DNA of 62,526 bases, filler included, from Hausera hauseri (taxonomy: Eukaryota): assembly GCA_046269625.1 (NCBI GenBank). It is 10 parts of 10 records of this genome, joined end to end, with 100 filler letters (N's around TTAATTAATTAA, not from the genome) between each part and the next. Parts side by side here need not be neighbours in the genome. Positions count along the whole stretch, not along the records: positions 1 to 5,907 come from JBJURY010170418.1; positions 6,008 to 10,736 come from JBJURY010458578.1; positions 10,837 to 15,925 come from JBJURY010340047.1; 7 more parts are not named here. One strand, 5' to 3'. Positions 1 to 13,044 of this stretch are shown here, in pieces. The translations under genes were made by a program, and so were the position numbers. The stretch's first letter is position 1. Every line of letters starts with the position of its first letter. The notes under the pieces were generated by a model, which saw nothing but the letters and a program-made list of their open reading frames with translations, searched no databases and was not told the origin of the DNA.

Positions 1-3000
1 CAGTGTCTGCTTGCTCAATCACCTCTGTATTACATACAATATCTTTCTCCCAATTATGTATTAATTTCCCTCCTTCCCAGATGATCCTACAAGAGGATCA
101 GTCCTTTCCAGAAGGAAACAATCCTGGTCTAAGGCAGCCACTTCGTATTGTTATGTCGACGTGCTATCAATCTAGCACTGTATTCCGATCAGAGGTGACT
201 CGCTACTCTCAGTGTCTAAGAGGAACTCCAATAATAAATCAACGGAAATACTCGGATTCTTCAATGGATAGATTTGAGTATCTTCCGGAGTAATCCACTT
301 ACACCCTGGTTCTAAGGGTCATCAGAGAATCCACTCAGGGCCTTCTATTCTACGAGTGATCTCTGGGATTCCTCTTAATTCTCCTAGAGACTGTTAAGGT
401 TTCTGTCTCTGCTAACTATGAGCCAAGCACACACTCTGTCTCACCACCAGACACAGAATCTTATCTATCAATGATCAAGTTAACTCAATTGGTAAATATT
501 AAAATAAAAGAGCATAACTTTAATCTCTAATTATTTTCATGCCAATACTGTTGTTAACTGAGAATGTGATCATATATTTCAAATAAGAACAATTACGATT
601 ATTTTATTCTTGTGTATAATGACACAATCCATATCTCAAAATTGGCGAAGGTCTAACTATACTCAAGATCAGTAATGCAATTTCTGAGTTCCTTGTATGA
701 ATATCTCTAATTAACTACTGTCTGTCCTGTCTGGAAATTAGTCACTGCTGGCTAGTCTCTGTTCAATTGAACTTATACGTTAATTGGTCGTGATCTAAAG
801 TTGTGCTTGGGTACACCCCGGTGTCTTGCACAAAATGGTAACCCAGGAATGGTATCTTCTATGAACACTGTCCCTCGTCACTTGAATTCCCGAAAGTTTA
901 ATTTAAGAAATTTGTCTATCTTCGTTACTAAATTGTCTCTGGTTGTAAATCACTCTGTCTTGTCTCTAGAAATGTTACAAATTATATAGGCTTAAAGTAT
1001 GGTTCTGCAATTCCAGCTCGATCATTGAGTTGTTATGTTAAAAGTTGCATAGAACTGAAGTTTTTGTATATCTAATTCGACACTCCAGTTGTTAGTCTCT
1101 ACCTCCTTTGTTTAGATAATGTTAATGGTTAGGTTCAATGTGAATTCCCACGTGAGCTGTATATAAATTCAGTTATGGTGTATCTTTAGTTAATTCTGTT
1201 ATAACATGCTAATACTTAGGTTTGTCTCACTGTCCGGCTATAAAGTACTTCTGGTTGATTATTACAAGTATCTTCGTTCAGGTGTTCACCAAAATAAATG
1301 TCTATCAGTAAACTGTTTCTGCTACGATTCCCCAACTGGTAATGTGACAGACTACTGGTACCTGTTAGTTTCTATCTACACAATCACTCTGTTATTGTTA
1401 TGTATAAAATGTTATTGTCTCTACTGGAACTTCCTGATTCCACACAAATTGAGTTAGCTATCTGTCTGTTCGAACTCTGTTACTATGAGTCCTTGATAAG
1501 ATGACTGACTACTTGGTAATAATGTTAATTTCTTTCACAGTTGTTCTAAACTGTTAGTGGCACTGATTGTATTCTTGATTTACACAAACTCTGAGTTGTC
1601 TGTCTACTTGTCTATTGTTCTTTCATGCGTCAATGTTACAGCAAAAATGGTTCTACTTACAGATCAATCCTGGTCTGTAGAAATCTTGAACTTTGTTGCG
1701 CCGAAAAACTTTAACTAAATTTTTCTAATATACTACCACTTTTATAATTTATGCACACGATTTTCAAAATCTAATTTTTTCCTCTGAATTCTCTTCTGGC
1801 ACTGACTGGTTCTCTTAGGTTACTACTGATATACTCTATAGAGCTCCTATGCATAAAATCTAGCCTTCTATACGGCTTTACTCTCTATACTATGACTATG
1901 AACCCTTCTCTCCGGTGGATCTGCACAGACTGACTCTTAATTTCTAGCTTGGACTATATATTTAAACTCTGGTTTTCTTTCCAGATCCTTCCAGACCTTC
2001 TGTTTTCCAGTTCATATCACGTGACAGTCTGGAAAGTTCTCTAATTTCTGCTTTCGTCATTAATTAAATCAACATTCTCCTTGAGTCTGCTTGTATTTTC
2101 TGATTTCCGTCCTGTTTGTTTACCAAATCTGGGATTCAGTGCAGTTATCATCTAAACTTGCTGAGCGCGCCGACAATTATCTGATATCTCATTGTTTAAT
2201 TACTTTCTGATGATCCAATTTACGAAATTCGTCTCCTGCTGAGATTTTTCAGACGTCGTGTCTGGTCTTTTGTTGTGATAAACTCGTGCCCGTAATGTGG
2301 GTTTTGTTGTTTCAACTCCTGTCACTGTGTCTAGTTAAAATGACAGCATACCATTCTTTAGTTTGGTTGCCGTTTATTTCCAGATTCGTCTATGTTAAGT
2401 TTAGTAGGTCTGTTTCTTATATCTATCTATTCCTCCTGTGTTTTCTATTCGTTCTATCTTCCGACTTTAGTTTTGCGTTTTAACTTAAATTATTAAAGCT
2501 ATTTATTATTATTGGTTTTATTGATCTTTCGGCTGATACTGTCACATATCCCTCCCTTCCTTACGGAGACTTTTACTTGGTTAAAGTCTGTTACTCGTTA
2601 TGTTACATCCATGCGGTTAATTCTTCCATCTATTATTACCGCTTATGTTCTTATTCTTATCATTAAAAATGTCACAGTCTTACGTCTGTCTCATCAATCC
2701 AGTAAACAATAATATAAAAATATATGACATATCCTCATATACAAAAATGGTCATAATCCTTAACACTACAATGCATGCACATAAAACCATATGTTGATTG
2801 CATAGCAACATTAATCCATAAAACAAATTTTATAATTATTCATCATTATGCAACAAAAAACTATCTTGCTGTTGGGATCAACATCTCTATCTGATCCGAG
2901 ATCATGAATGAGGAAAATCAGTTGTTTGGAATGTAGAGTTTTCAGTTGGCTGCAATGTTTCTTCACATTGCTTCATTAGTTGACTGGTAGCTTGAACATT

Positions 3001-4390
3001 TATTTCCTCCTCTCATGGTCCCTGTCTCCAACTTAAAATTTACATAAATGACTGTGAAATAAATGGAAACAAAAATCGGTTATATATCAGGTTATACATA
3101 TTTTCATGTTGTCAAGTTATAACCAATAGTCATAGAAAAAAAATTCAATTCAAAACATATATATGTGTCAAAAGTTAAAACATGATTCCATATGAGAATT
3201 TTGTTACAGGTGTTAAGTCTCGTCTCTAGTGACCGCTCATCTTCCTTCCGATGAACTTCTACACACCATTGGAATAATCATCCTTCGAAAAAAAATCTTT
3301 TATTGGTTATCGGATTAATTCTTCGTGCGGACTCGACACGTCACCTGTTTAGGTTCCACTCCTCCTTTCTGTCAAGATCCAAAGTCCTACTGATCACGAT
3401 AATTGTCCATCTGGTAACCGTCAACTGAGTTATCCATCTCTGGGATCTTGTTATACTTTGTCTTTCACACCAAAGTTATATAAGTATATCAACCAAATTT
3501 TCAAAATTCAAATTCACATTTCAATCTAAATTATCACAATCAATTAATCATCATGAAAATTTTCAAAGTGTGAACATATAAAACTTCTAATAATATTTTA
3601 GTATGTGTGTCACCCATTTCTTCAGTGATGAACCTTGGTTATGGATCACTTCTGGAGTCATTTTTTCATTACTCTGCATCTTGGTTATGTGGAGATCCTG
3701 GATTCTCACACCATGTAATCTTAAGTGACGACTCTGATGGAGTTAGTTCCTAGGTTCTTATGTGTCACCTGTCATCTCTGTAAGTAGTTTTAGGGCCAAT
3801 CATAAATCTCATGTTGTAAATATTCCTAACATATATCTGCAATTTTCATCAATGGTTTAGTCGAAATTAATTATCAATAGCATCTATATATAGAAATACA
3901 GAGTTGAAAATAAAAACACTCATGAATGGTTGTGTGAAGCTCACACTATGCTTAAAATGTATTAGCCCTGCTAATATTCCATATTTTCAACAGTGCTGAA
4001 GAAATTGTGGATATCTCTTCGTCTCTCCTCCACATAGGTTCAGGACATGATTCACCCTTGGATCCACGGTTCCCCTTGGGATCTCTATACCTTACAGAAT
4101 CATTCATCCTATAAGACATTTTAAAATCATATTACATCAATACACTATAATAAGGCACGTCATTTAATAGTATTTGATTATTGGTAGGTTAAGCTGTTAT
4201 AGTAAACATGTGATATATGAACATAAAACAGTTCTGTAACCCATCACCAAAATAATCAGTTACACTCTTTGTATAAAACGTCTTATTACACATAATATCG
4301 GATAGTGTCAAATGTATATAACAGTATAGCTTCAACATCATTCAACCGATCCTTTGCACCTCCATCTTGACTCAGAGGTATCATTACTCC

Positions 4391-4828
4391 TTATTCTCTT
4401 GGTTTCTGGTCCTTAATTTCCTTCCGAAGCCACTTTATGTCCCTGCAACACCTTTCCGGGTTTCTACTACCCTTGCACACATATCTAACCACATAGCTAT
4501 TTCTAATAGGCGATACCTCCATCTTTCTAGTCATCAGCATATCATGTCTCAGACATCTTCTAACTGGGGCCACTACGCTTACTGGTGATCTAAAGTTACA
4601 CCCCCCTGGTTCATTGCAAACCGCAAAGTTTCGCAATTGACCTGTTTCATCACTTTCGTATTTGATAATTGTTCGTTGCCCGCATCTACAATAAATATCT
4701 TCTTCCATTTTTTCTAGTAACCTGAACTCAGGGTTGTCTTCAATTACTATCCAGTTTGCCGTCGGTTCCTCCCCCTCTTCGAACCCATCATCGACTTCAA
4801 ACATTTTTACCCAAATGCTCCAGGACAT
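4391..4828 (-). CDS. Small protein with two tandem GRF-type-like zinc fingers
   Basis: Intact 145-aa ORF with CRCG-x15-RNFAVC-x5-CNF, then CLRH...RYVC...CC..W; spacing resembles zf-GRF (CxCG/CxH...RxFxxC...CxF). Confidence 0.5.
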   Translation of the reverse strand: MSWSIWVKMFEVDDGFEEGEEPTANWIVIEDNPEFRLLEKMEEDIYCRCGQRTIIKYESDETGQLRNFAVCNEPGGCNFRSPVSVVAPVRRCLRHDMLMTRKMEVSPIRNSYVVRYVCKGSRNPERCCRDIKWLRKEIKDQKPRE

Positions 4829-4899
4829 GTTTCAACTTGTCTCTCTCAGAGTCTGAAATATAATAAAAAGTTATTGTTATAATTTATGTTTTGGTCATC

Positions 4900-5907
4900 T
4901 AAGTTTTCCCTCTCTCCCTGTGTTTTGTACTATGTAAACCTCAGACTGGGGTAGAGTGATGGTATCTCGAACTGGTTTGTTTGTTGGGTTTGTTCTTTCT
5001 GTGTTTCTGTTGTTGTTCTAATTTCATGATTAGCTGGTTTGGTTAGAGTATGGTGTCTGTGGTTATGTCTTGTATTTCTATGAGTTCTTTTGTTTCTGGT
5101 GTTTTTGTTCCTTTTGTTTTCAAAAAGTTTATTTTCTTCACAATTGGTTTTCTGTTCTTCATTACTATTATTTCTATTACGATTATCATTAAAATTATGG
5201 CTATTGCCCTTCGTCTAGTACCATTTCGTACTTCTGTCGATATCATTAAAGCTCATCACTTGTTTGGTCGCATTCACTAATGCTTCCTCTTATGGTTGCA
5301 TGTCTGTGACGATGGTTAAATTATAGTGTGTTTTAATACCCGCTACTTCTGTTTCCTTTATGGACACTGTGTTGTCTCTCACTACTCTTCTTGTTTGCTC
5401 AGAGTTGCAGTGATTCCTATCACTGACCACAATAGAATCTGCACCCACTCGTCCATTTGACTTCGACTCTTAAATAATATAACCTAAGATTATTTGTCCG
5501 TTAATACGGTTACCTTCTCCTAAACCTTTTCATAACATCTTAGAGAGCAACGCTAGGATCTGCCTATTGAATTCACTCTTCCCGACTTCTTCAGTTTGAT
5601 TCTATTTCCTTACTTCATTACTTCGTGTTTCCTCTGCTCGTTTTTGCTTTTCATCCGTCTGTGTTTCTTTTTTCTCCGATCTTGATTGCTTCCTTGTAGA
5701 TTTTGGTTTTGTTTTGATCTTGTTTTCATCCTGCTGCATTACTTCTAACTGGACTTCATCAATTATGGTTTGTTTCTTCTTCCTCCTCCTCACTGCTGAT
5801 TGATGTTTCCTTTTTATTACCGGTTCGTTTTCACTTGAGCTGTCCTCTGTTGACTGTCTTTTTATTGCTCCCCTCATATTCTCCTCCATTTCTTCTTCAC
5901 TCTTGTC
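4900..5907 (-). pseudogene. Decayed lysine/asparagine-rich ORF, possibly Gag-like
   Basis: ORF 5602-5889 continues through in-frame stops into an NDNRNRNN-rich tract similar in composition to the Gag at 27829-29475; no diagnostic motif. Confidence 0.25.
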
Positions 5908-6007
5908 NNNNNNNNNNNNNNNNNNNNNNNNNNNNNNNNNNNNNNNNNNNNTTAATTAATTAANNNNNNNNNNNNNNNNNNNNNNNNNNNNNNNNNNNNN
6001 NNNNNNN
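5908..6007. other. Artificial contig spacer (N44-TTAATTAATTAA-N44); also at 10737, 15926, 24712, 29491, 35591, 40247, 49774, 58487
   Basis: Identical 100-nt structure nine times, with a core giving stops in all six frames. Confidence 0.98.
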
Positions 6008-7551
6008 CCATTCGGATGATACTTTGACTTTAATTTGCGCTTCAGGTTTCTCCTTTAATAGTTTAGCGTATTCTTTTATTAGAAGCTGTATGCGGTGTTT
6101 TGGCTGGATGGTTTAGTCAAGGTTTGAACCAACTTCCTTAACCTATCTTCAATTATGTTTATTTTTAATACACCGCTCAGTTCCTTAACAGCTAGCGCAG
6201 GAGCAAGTAGCATTTGCGTGTCAAATTTCGTCTTCTGTGCACCAGAAGGTGACTCGTAAATCTGTATTGGAGTTTCTTGATTTTTCTCCATTAGACCTTT
6301 GAGATATTCGTCCCACTGGGCATCATTCTCTGCGTCAGGTAATTCGTAGTTCATTAGTGCCGCATGTCCGACCTGGACTCTTTCGCGTAATTCTCTTATC
6401 TGAGGTTGCAACGTTTTCATTGCGGATATCCTGAATCCGTCTCCATTTCCACACGCTTGTTGTATCAATGTTATTAACCAGCACATTTCTTCTGGTTGAA
6501 TCAGAGATCTTTCACGATAAATAGTCATTTCTGCGTTTCTGTCTCTTTGCCATCTCTGTATAAATTCCGTTTTATTGTTCATTTCGGATTCTGTAAGCGA
6601 ATATTTGTTTTTGTAAATTTCTGTTTCCTTCAGTAATTCGTTTAGCTCGCGTTGTCTTTTCTCGGAGCATAACCAGGTTTCTTTTATCAGCCGTATTCGA
6701 TTTTTTAGTCGTTTGGCTACTGTTCCGTCAATTTCTGCCATTTCTTTCAATAATAAGATTAGTTTGTGCATTTGATTTAATACTTCGGCGTCCAGATCTA
6801 TCGCATCCATTAGCCTGCCTATAAATTTGGCTTCATCGCTCATTAACTGGAGATCATTCCTCATTTCTGTTAGTTCGGTGTGGCAGTGTAGATAAAAACC
6901 TGGCGTCCAGTCCGCTGGATTCTATAAATATTGTAATGTTTGTGCCAGAGCAATCCGGTGATCGTTATGTACTTCCAATGTTTCTATTTCCTGTGCTGAG
7001 ATCTCCTTTAACGGTTTCCGTATTAAGTTCTGTATTCGTTCCCAATGAATGTTCACTAAACTTCGCTGAAGATCTGTTAGCTTGTTTCTTTTTCTGTAGA
7101 ATTCCTTTTCTTCGAGCATTTTATATATCTCTGTTAATGTGGTTTGTTCTTAGTCCTTGCTCATAAATTCAAGTTCTCGGAATTATTCGAATCTGATTCG
7201 TAATTTCGCTTCCTCTTCCATCGTACTGATATCTAGTAACATTTCCTCCAGTTGATGTCTCATTATGAACTCGACTCGTGCAAATTCTCTTAGTCTTCCA
7301 TTTATTATCCTGGCTATGGAGGGTAACAAGTCTATCCACTTCTTTAGTTGTTTGGATATCGCCGGTTTAATGTAGATTATTTCGTCCAATGTCCCAAGGG
7401 CCTCTGTTAGCTCATGATCCGGCCCTCGCACAAATTTTATAATGTGTCTCATGTAGTTGAATTCTTCTTTATACTCGTCTACTTCGTGAAGACAGGCACG
7501 TATTATTCTCTGCGATTCTGCCTTTTTAGGTGAACTATACATCCAAGTCAC
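6008..7551 (-). pseudogene. Disrupted paralog of the helical accessory region of the Gag-like element at 24812-29490
   Basis: Collinear peptides: FVRGPDHEL/FIKGPDDEL, KPLKEISAQEIETL/KPVGEISTQDIETL, NDAQWDEYL/NDPEWDAYL, KPEAQIKVKVSSEW/KPEVMMKVKISSEW; split by stops and frameshifts. Confidence 0.85.
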
Positions 7552-7680
7552 AATTCAGTTAAAAAACAATATAAGAAAACTGGAATACCCGATCTGGACA
7601 AACAAGAAATAGTAGAATAAACCTTAGTAGCAGTATCTGACGATCCAAGAAAAAATTCAATAGACCCCAATCAAAAGAGA

Positions 7681-8129
7681 TTGTACGGATATTTGTACCA
7701 AGACAGAAAAGGACTTGTGTTTGAAAGAATAGAAGTAGACGAGAATCTTGTGGACATTGATGCTGCTGAGAAAGAAGAATGTCCCGTTTGCGATGCAGAC
7801 CTATACCAAGGATTCGTAGTCCTAGATAATAAAGATTGCAGTCACAAGTACTGCCGATACTGTTTGGAAACGTGGACCCTGAAAAATGGGAAGACGACCT
7901 GCCCGGTATTCAGAGCCCGGTATGCAGGCTGAGATATTATTCAAACGGAGAAAATAAGAAAATAATAGAGATAGTCCCCGAACAGGCCAATACATCCTAT
8001 CATATTGACTCTCGATCCCCATCAAACGAAATAGATTCGGAAGCGGACTTACGCGGACGAATGAAACGATTACATCAAATTTCCCGCACCTCTACTGACG
8101 CAATGGGCACATTTGAGAGTGCCATTTAG
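7681..8129 (+). pseudogene. C3HC4 RING finger ORF frameshifted by a 14-bp duplication
   Basis: CPVC...CSHKYCRYC...W...CPV; removing one copy in gcccggtattcaga-gcccggtat restores CPVCRLRYY and joins ORF 7836-8129. Confidence 0.75.
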
Positions 8130-8719
8130 GGAGGAGAAATGTTCAATAAACATTATTCGATTTTTTTTCTTTAAGTTCCTGGAACCTTCTAAACTAATGG
8201 CTAAACCACATTCTTAAGTATATAGCTTCCGCTGGAAGTGCCGTTTTTAGTTCACTATCCGTACCCGATATTCCATTATATGGTTAAAATTGAAATGAGT
8301 TGACAATTTTACCTCGCTTATGACTCCGTTTATGACTCGAAATTAATACGAATGATCATGTTTGTTGTTCCAAACTTTATTCGGAAGGAGGTCATTAAAT
8401 TATTTCAAGAAATATATACATATATACACAAACAAACATAAATATACACATATATATACATACATAATATATGTACAAATTGTTGTACAAGAAATTGTTA
8501 ACTAGACAGTAACTAGAATTAACAAATGGAACGTTACATCTACAGAATGACCACCAATGATACTATCAAAATTGATTTAAAAACACAATCAAACACAAAC
8601 TGGCTCAACTCTATATCCTATGTACGCCGAATGAAAGGTGGAAAACAAAACTTCAAATAAATGCAAAGAAAAAGAAAATGCCAATAAAATCAAACTATTT
8701 CTAATCAAAAGTAACGAAA

Positions 8720-10500
8720 TTATAAGTATAGTCACATGGTGGAGAAAATCGCTTCACCGATTCGCTAAATCTCCAGCGCGACCACACCTCAGGCACGACA
8801 TCACCTTCGTGGCAAAATGAAAACTATAAAGAAGAAAATTGAACGCCGAATGTTGTAAGAAAAAGGAAGAGCTTGTACCTATTCGGTTTGGTATGTGTCA
8901 GACGTTGGACTCCATCCATGAACTTCTCCCTACTGTAAGTACTAAATGTCACATTACGTGATCTGTTAGATGTTGCTAGTACTTGTGGAGTCGTTTGAGA
9001 GAGAGATGCTGTGGATTTTGTGGTGCTTTTGGAGGATGCTTCGTGAAGAATTGAGAATGGAGTAGAAGCTGAAAAGGGAAAAGGATCACTCGAAGAAGGC
9101 GAGACTGGGGGTAAAAGCGAATCGTGCGATGAAGGTGAAATGAGTAGCGGATGTGCATGCGATGGCGGAGAAGTTAATGATAAAAGAGTAGTGGACGATA
9201 ACGGAAGTGAAGAGAACTGATCGTGACGTGAGAGTAATTGCCGCGACAGATCAAAATCATAGAGGAAATTAGGTGATGGCTCGAAGGGAATGAAGTTAGA
9301 GTTTAAATTTGAAACAGTGCTGTTATCCTGGTCATCGTCAACGAAGAATGCTGGCTTAAGATTAGAGACATGTACATTTTGATGTTTGTCCTTGCGTAAA
9401 ATAGTAGCGGTGTGCGAACAAAGTTTTAGTAGTTTTTAAGGGCCAACGTATTGGGGCAGAAAACCAGACGGTGAAGGATCCTCCAATCATATGTAGGATT
9501 TGTAGGAATGTAGGATTTGTCTTTATTTATAAGGCGGCAAAATGCGTTTGAGTTGACATCTACAAAGTCAGACTGTGCCGCGCGAATAACTTCAACCGAA
9601 GGGTTTTCATCGAAATTGGAGAGCTCAAATAGGGCACGAATTGGTGTCCCAAAAAGAGCCTCAGCTGGTTTACAACCTGTGGTGGTGGATGGCGTGTTGC
9701 GCCAACCGAGAAGGACAAGAGGAAGAATTGAGGTCCAGTTAAAATTGCTATTTGCCAAGGTTCTCAAGGAAATCTTCATGGTGCGGTGAAATCTCTCAAG
9801 AAGACCACTTACTTGGGGATGGTACCGGTGTTGTATGAAAATGGGCTATCCCCAAGTGCTTTACTAGAGATTTAAAAAGATCAGATTCAAATTGCGGACT
9901 CTCGTCCGTTACAATGTGCCGTGGTGAACCAAAGCATCTGAGCCATATTTTGATAAAGGCATTTGTTACCGAATCAGAATTGGTTGATCGAAGAGGAAAA
10001 GCTTTCGGCCAGCGGGAAGCGCGATCCATCATGGATAAGACGTATTGATAACCGTTGTCGGATGGTAAAGGACCGACAAGATTCAAATGAACGGTATCAA
10101 AACGAGACGTGCAAGGGAAGTGGTAAAGTGGTGGTTTGAGGTGTTTATGGACCTTATATTGCTGACATGCTACACATTCTTTAACCCAGGTCTGTACATC
10201 TGTATGCATAGTGGGCCAGACCACATGTCGTTGCAGTAGACGAAATGTAGCTTTAGAACCCGGATGATGAAGAGAGTGAAAGAGAGTGAAAGCTGTCTTT
10301 TGTAGCGATGGAGCAAAAATAATTTTTTATTAGTCGAGTTGGGTGTGTCATAGGCGATGCCATTGATGATCTCAACCAATTTAAAAGCTTGGAGAATGTC
10401 AAATGATGGCTGATTACTTCTTAGGACTTTAGAGAAGAAAATTGGCTAAACTGTAATTGAGCTGACCGACCGCGACAGAAAGTCTGCTACTAAATTTTCT
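8720..10500 (-). mobile_element. Ty3/gypsy (CsRn1-like) 3' part: integrase, tail, PPT, start of 3' LTR
   Basis: WVKECVACQQYK, VHLNLVGPLP, VTDESPQFES, LPLVLLGWRN; tail RNVTFSTYS; GAAGGTGA then TGTCGTGCC at 8800; degenerate. Confidence 0.9.
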
Positions 10501-10584
10501 GAGCCTGTTGGAACCCAATTATTTAGTTGGGCAATACGGTCAGTATCAAGACGTTTAAGGGGGTTATCGGATAGACAAAATTGT

Positions 10585-10690
10585 ATATAATATATATGTA
10601 TATATATGTATATATGTATGTATGTATGTGATAATGTGTATAAGGTGTATATTTACATAGGTAAGTATGTGTATATATATACATAGAATG
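10585..10690. repeat. (TA)/(TATG) microsatellite-like tract; a similar one lies at 8415-8475
   Basis: Directly visible low-complexity repeats. Confidence 0.7.
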
Positions 10691-10838
10691 AGACATATAA
10701 TTGTTTGATAAAGCTTGTTGTATATAGAATTTACGGNNNNNNNNNNNNNNNNNNNNNNNNNNNNNNNNNNNNNNNNNNNNTTAATTAATTAANNNNNNNN
10801 NNNNNNNNNNNNNNNNNNNNNNNNNNNNNNNNNNNNAT

Positions 10839-12352
10839 CCCTCTCAGTCGTGTGCAGACAAACGATCAGAGACTGGCAGTAGTAGTAGCAGCAACAGTAG
10901 CAGCCCTGGAGCTATTTGCTATGACTGGCACCAGTCTGCTGTGGCTAAAAGTCTCCAGCAGGCTTCCCAGAACCACCACAACAGATTGAACCTGGTTCAG
11001 CATCCCACGGTGGCTGCACCAACAACTACCACAGAACCCAACCTATTTAGTACTGTCCAGCTTTACCGACAGAGCTCCAAGCTCTATGGCTCAATATTCA
11101 CTGGAGCCAGCAAATTTCGCTGTAAGGACTGCAGTGCAGCATATGATACTTTAGTAGAACTCACAGTACACATGAACGAGACGGGCCACTACCGTGATGA
11201 TAACCATGAGACAGATAGTGAGGGTGCTAAGCGCTGGTCAAAACCCAGAAAACGTTCCTTATTAGAGATGGAGGGGAAGGAAGATGCACAAAAGGTTCTC
11301 AAGTGCATGTACTGTGGGCACTCCTTTGAATCCCTTCAGGACTTAAGTGTCCACATGATCAAGACAAAACACTATCAGAAAGTGCCTCTAAAAGAACCTG
11401 TTACACCGATGGCAGCTAAAATAATCTCTTCTGCTCGCAAGAGAGCCCCAATTGACCTAGACATACCTAGCTCACCTGACTCAACTGGAGGCACCACACC
11501 TAAGCCCACCTCCTTCAGTGACTCTAATGACATCCTACAAAAGGTTACTAACCCCTACATTACACCTAACAACCGTTACGGACACCAAAATGGTGCCAGC
11601 TATGCCTGGCAGTTTGAATCCAGAAAGTCACAGATTCTCAAATGTATGGAGTGTGGCAGCTCCCATGACACACTACAAGAGCTTACTGCTCATATGATGG
11701 TGACAGGACATTTCATTAAAGTTACCAACTCTGCTATAAAAAAAGGCAAACCAATTATGGAGTCCCCCATGCAAGTTCATACATCCAACTTAGCTGCTGA
11801 AGAAAAAGTACAGTCAGTTCCACTGGCTGCCACAACTTTTTCCTCTCCACCTGCCCCTGTGCCTCCTCCAGCCAGCATTTCACCCTCTGCAATGGTTGTT
11901 GAAATAAAAAAAGAGGAGAAGGAAGAGGAATGTACTAAAGATTACATTATAAACAGTACCAACAACCTCAACAAGGATAAGCGAGTAGGAGGAGATGATG
12001 TGGCTGAGGAGAAATTTGATATTTCATCAAAATACACTTATCTGACTGAAGAAGATCTGGAGGCAAGCCCAAAGGGAGGTCTGGATATTCTCAAGTCCTT
12101 GGAGAACACAGTGACATCAGCTATTAACAAAGCCCAGAATGGTGCTCCCAGTTGGGGTGGGTATCCCAGCATCCATGCAGCCTACCAGCTTCCAAACATA
12201 ATGAAGCTCTCTCTTGGCAATTCTGGAAAGAGCTCTCCCCTTAAATATATGTTTAGTGGAGGGGAGATTCTCTCCCCTACTGGCAAAAGTCATCCACTGA
12301 ATTCCCCTCCCAGCTGCCAAACCTCTCCACTACCTAAAAACAACTTTCAAGC
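10839..12352 (+). CDS. TSHZ3: Teashirt homolog 3, partial large exon (vertebrate, probably teleost)
   Basis: EPNLFSTVQLYRQSSKLYGSIFTGASKFRCKDCSAAYDTLVELTVHMNETGHY, three C2H2 fingers, PKGGLDILKSLENTV; open from the contig start; breaks at KNNFQA and switches to AT-rich DNA. Confidence 0.93.
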
Positions 12353-13044
12353 AATCAGCAGAATTTAGATACAGTACCTGCGAGTAATCCTGTAATCCTG
12401 GAAAATATTGAATCTGCAAATCGTGCTCAGGAACCTATTTGTATTTCAAGGGAGCCAGCTAAGCAATTTGTCGAGGATCCAGATAAGCAAATGATTATTT
12501 CTGAGAATATACCGAATCACTTAGGTGATACCACTCAATCACGTAATAGACCAGCTACATCGGACTCACTGGGTTTACGCAAAATACATAAGTGGACTGT
12601 TGATATTGACGGATCTGTGTTAGATAATGGAGACGTTGGAATGCAAGCACGATTCCAGATAATCGTAAATTCCAAACATAACAGGGCTGAACATTGGAGA
12701 GATACTTTCGTTGATTGTGCAGAATTTTGGATTCCAAATGACTCCCGATGGGTTTCTCCAGGCAACCAAACTTTGCCAGCGGTGGGTGATGCGGTGCCCA
12801 CATTCACCATATCGGTGATTTGTATGTATTAAGACAGATGTTTAAATATTGCAATGTTAAGTTGATTGTAAATTTTAGTTTGTTAAATAAATAGTTTTTG
12901 TTTTCGAAAGGACATTTTGTAATATCAATCAATTCGTGATTTTTTTGGATATTTGATTAATGTCTAATCATTATTATTATTTCAACCGGAATTCGTTACT
13001 GCAGGTTCTACATTAAATAAATTAATGGAATATACTACATATTA

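Noticed and set aside
1-2712. Possible decayed env or pol on the minus strand, and hydrophobic + strand ORFs
   Set aside because: No recognisable motif; the + ORFs are by-products of T-rich strand bias.
5908-6007. Recurrent TTAATTAATTAA palindrome inside N runs
   Set aside because: Artificial concatenation linker, not biology; ORFs running into it (15585-15977, 58535-58780) are artefacts.
12491-12832. 113-aa ORF followed by AATAAA
   Set aside because: Could be a gene 3' end, but no family recognised; not called.
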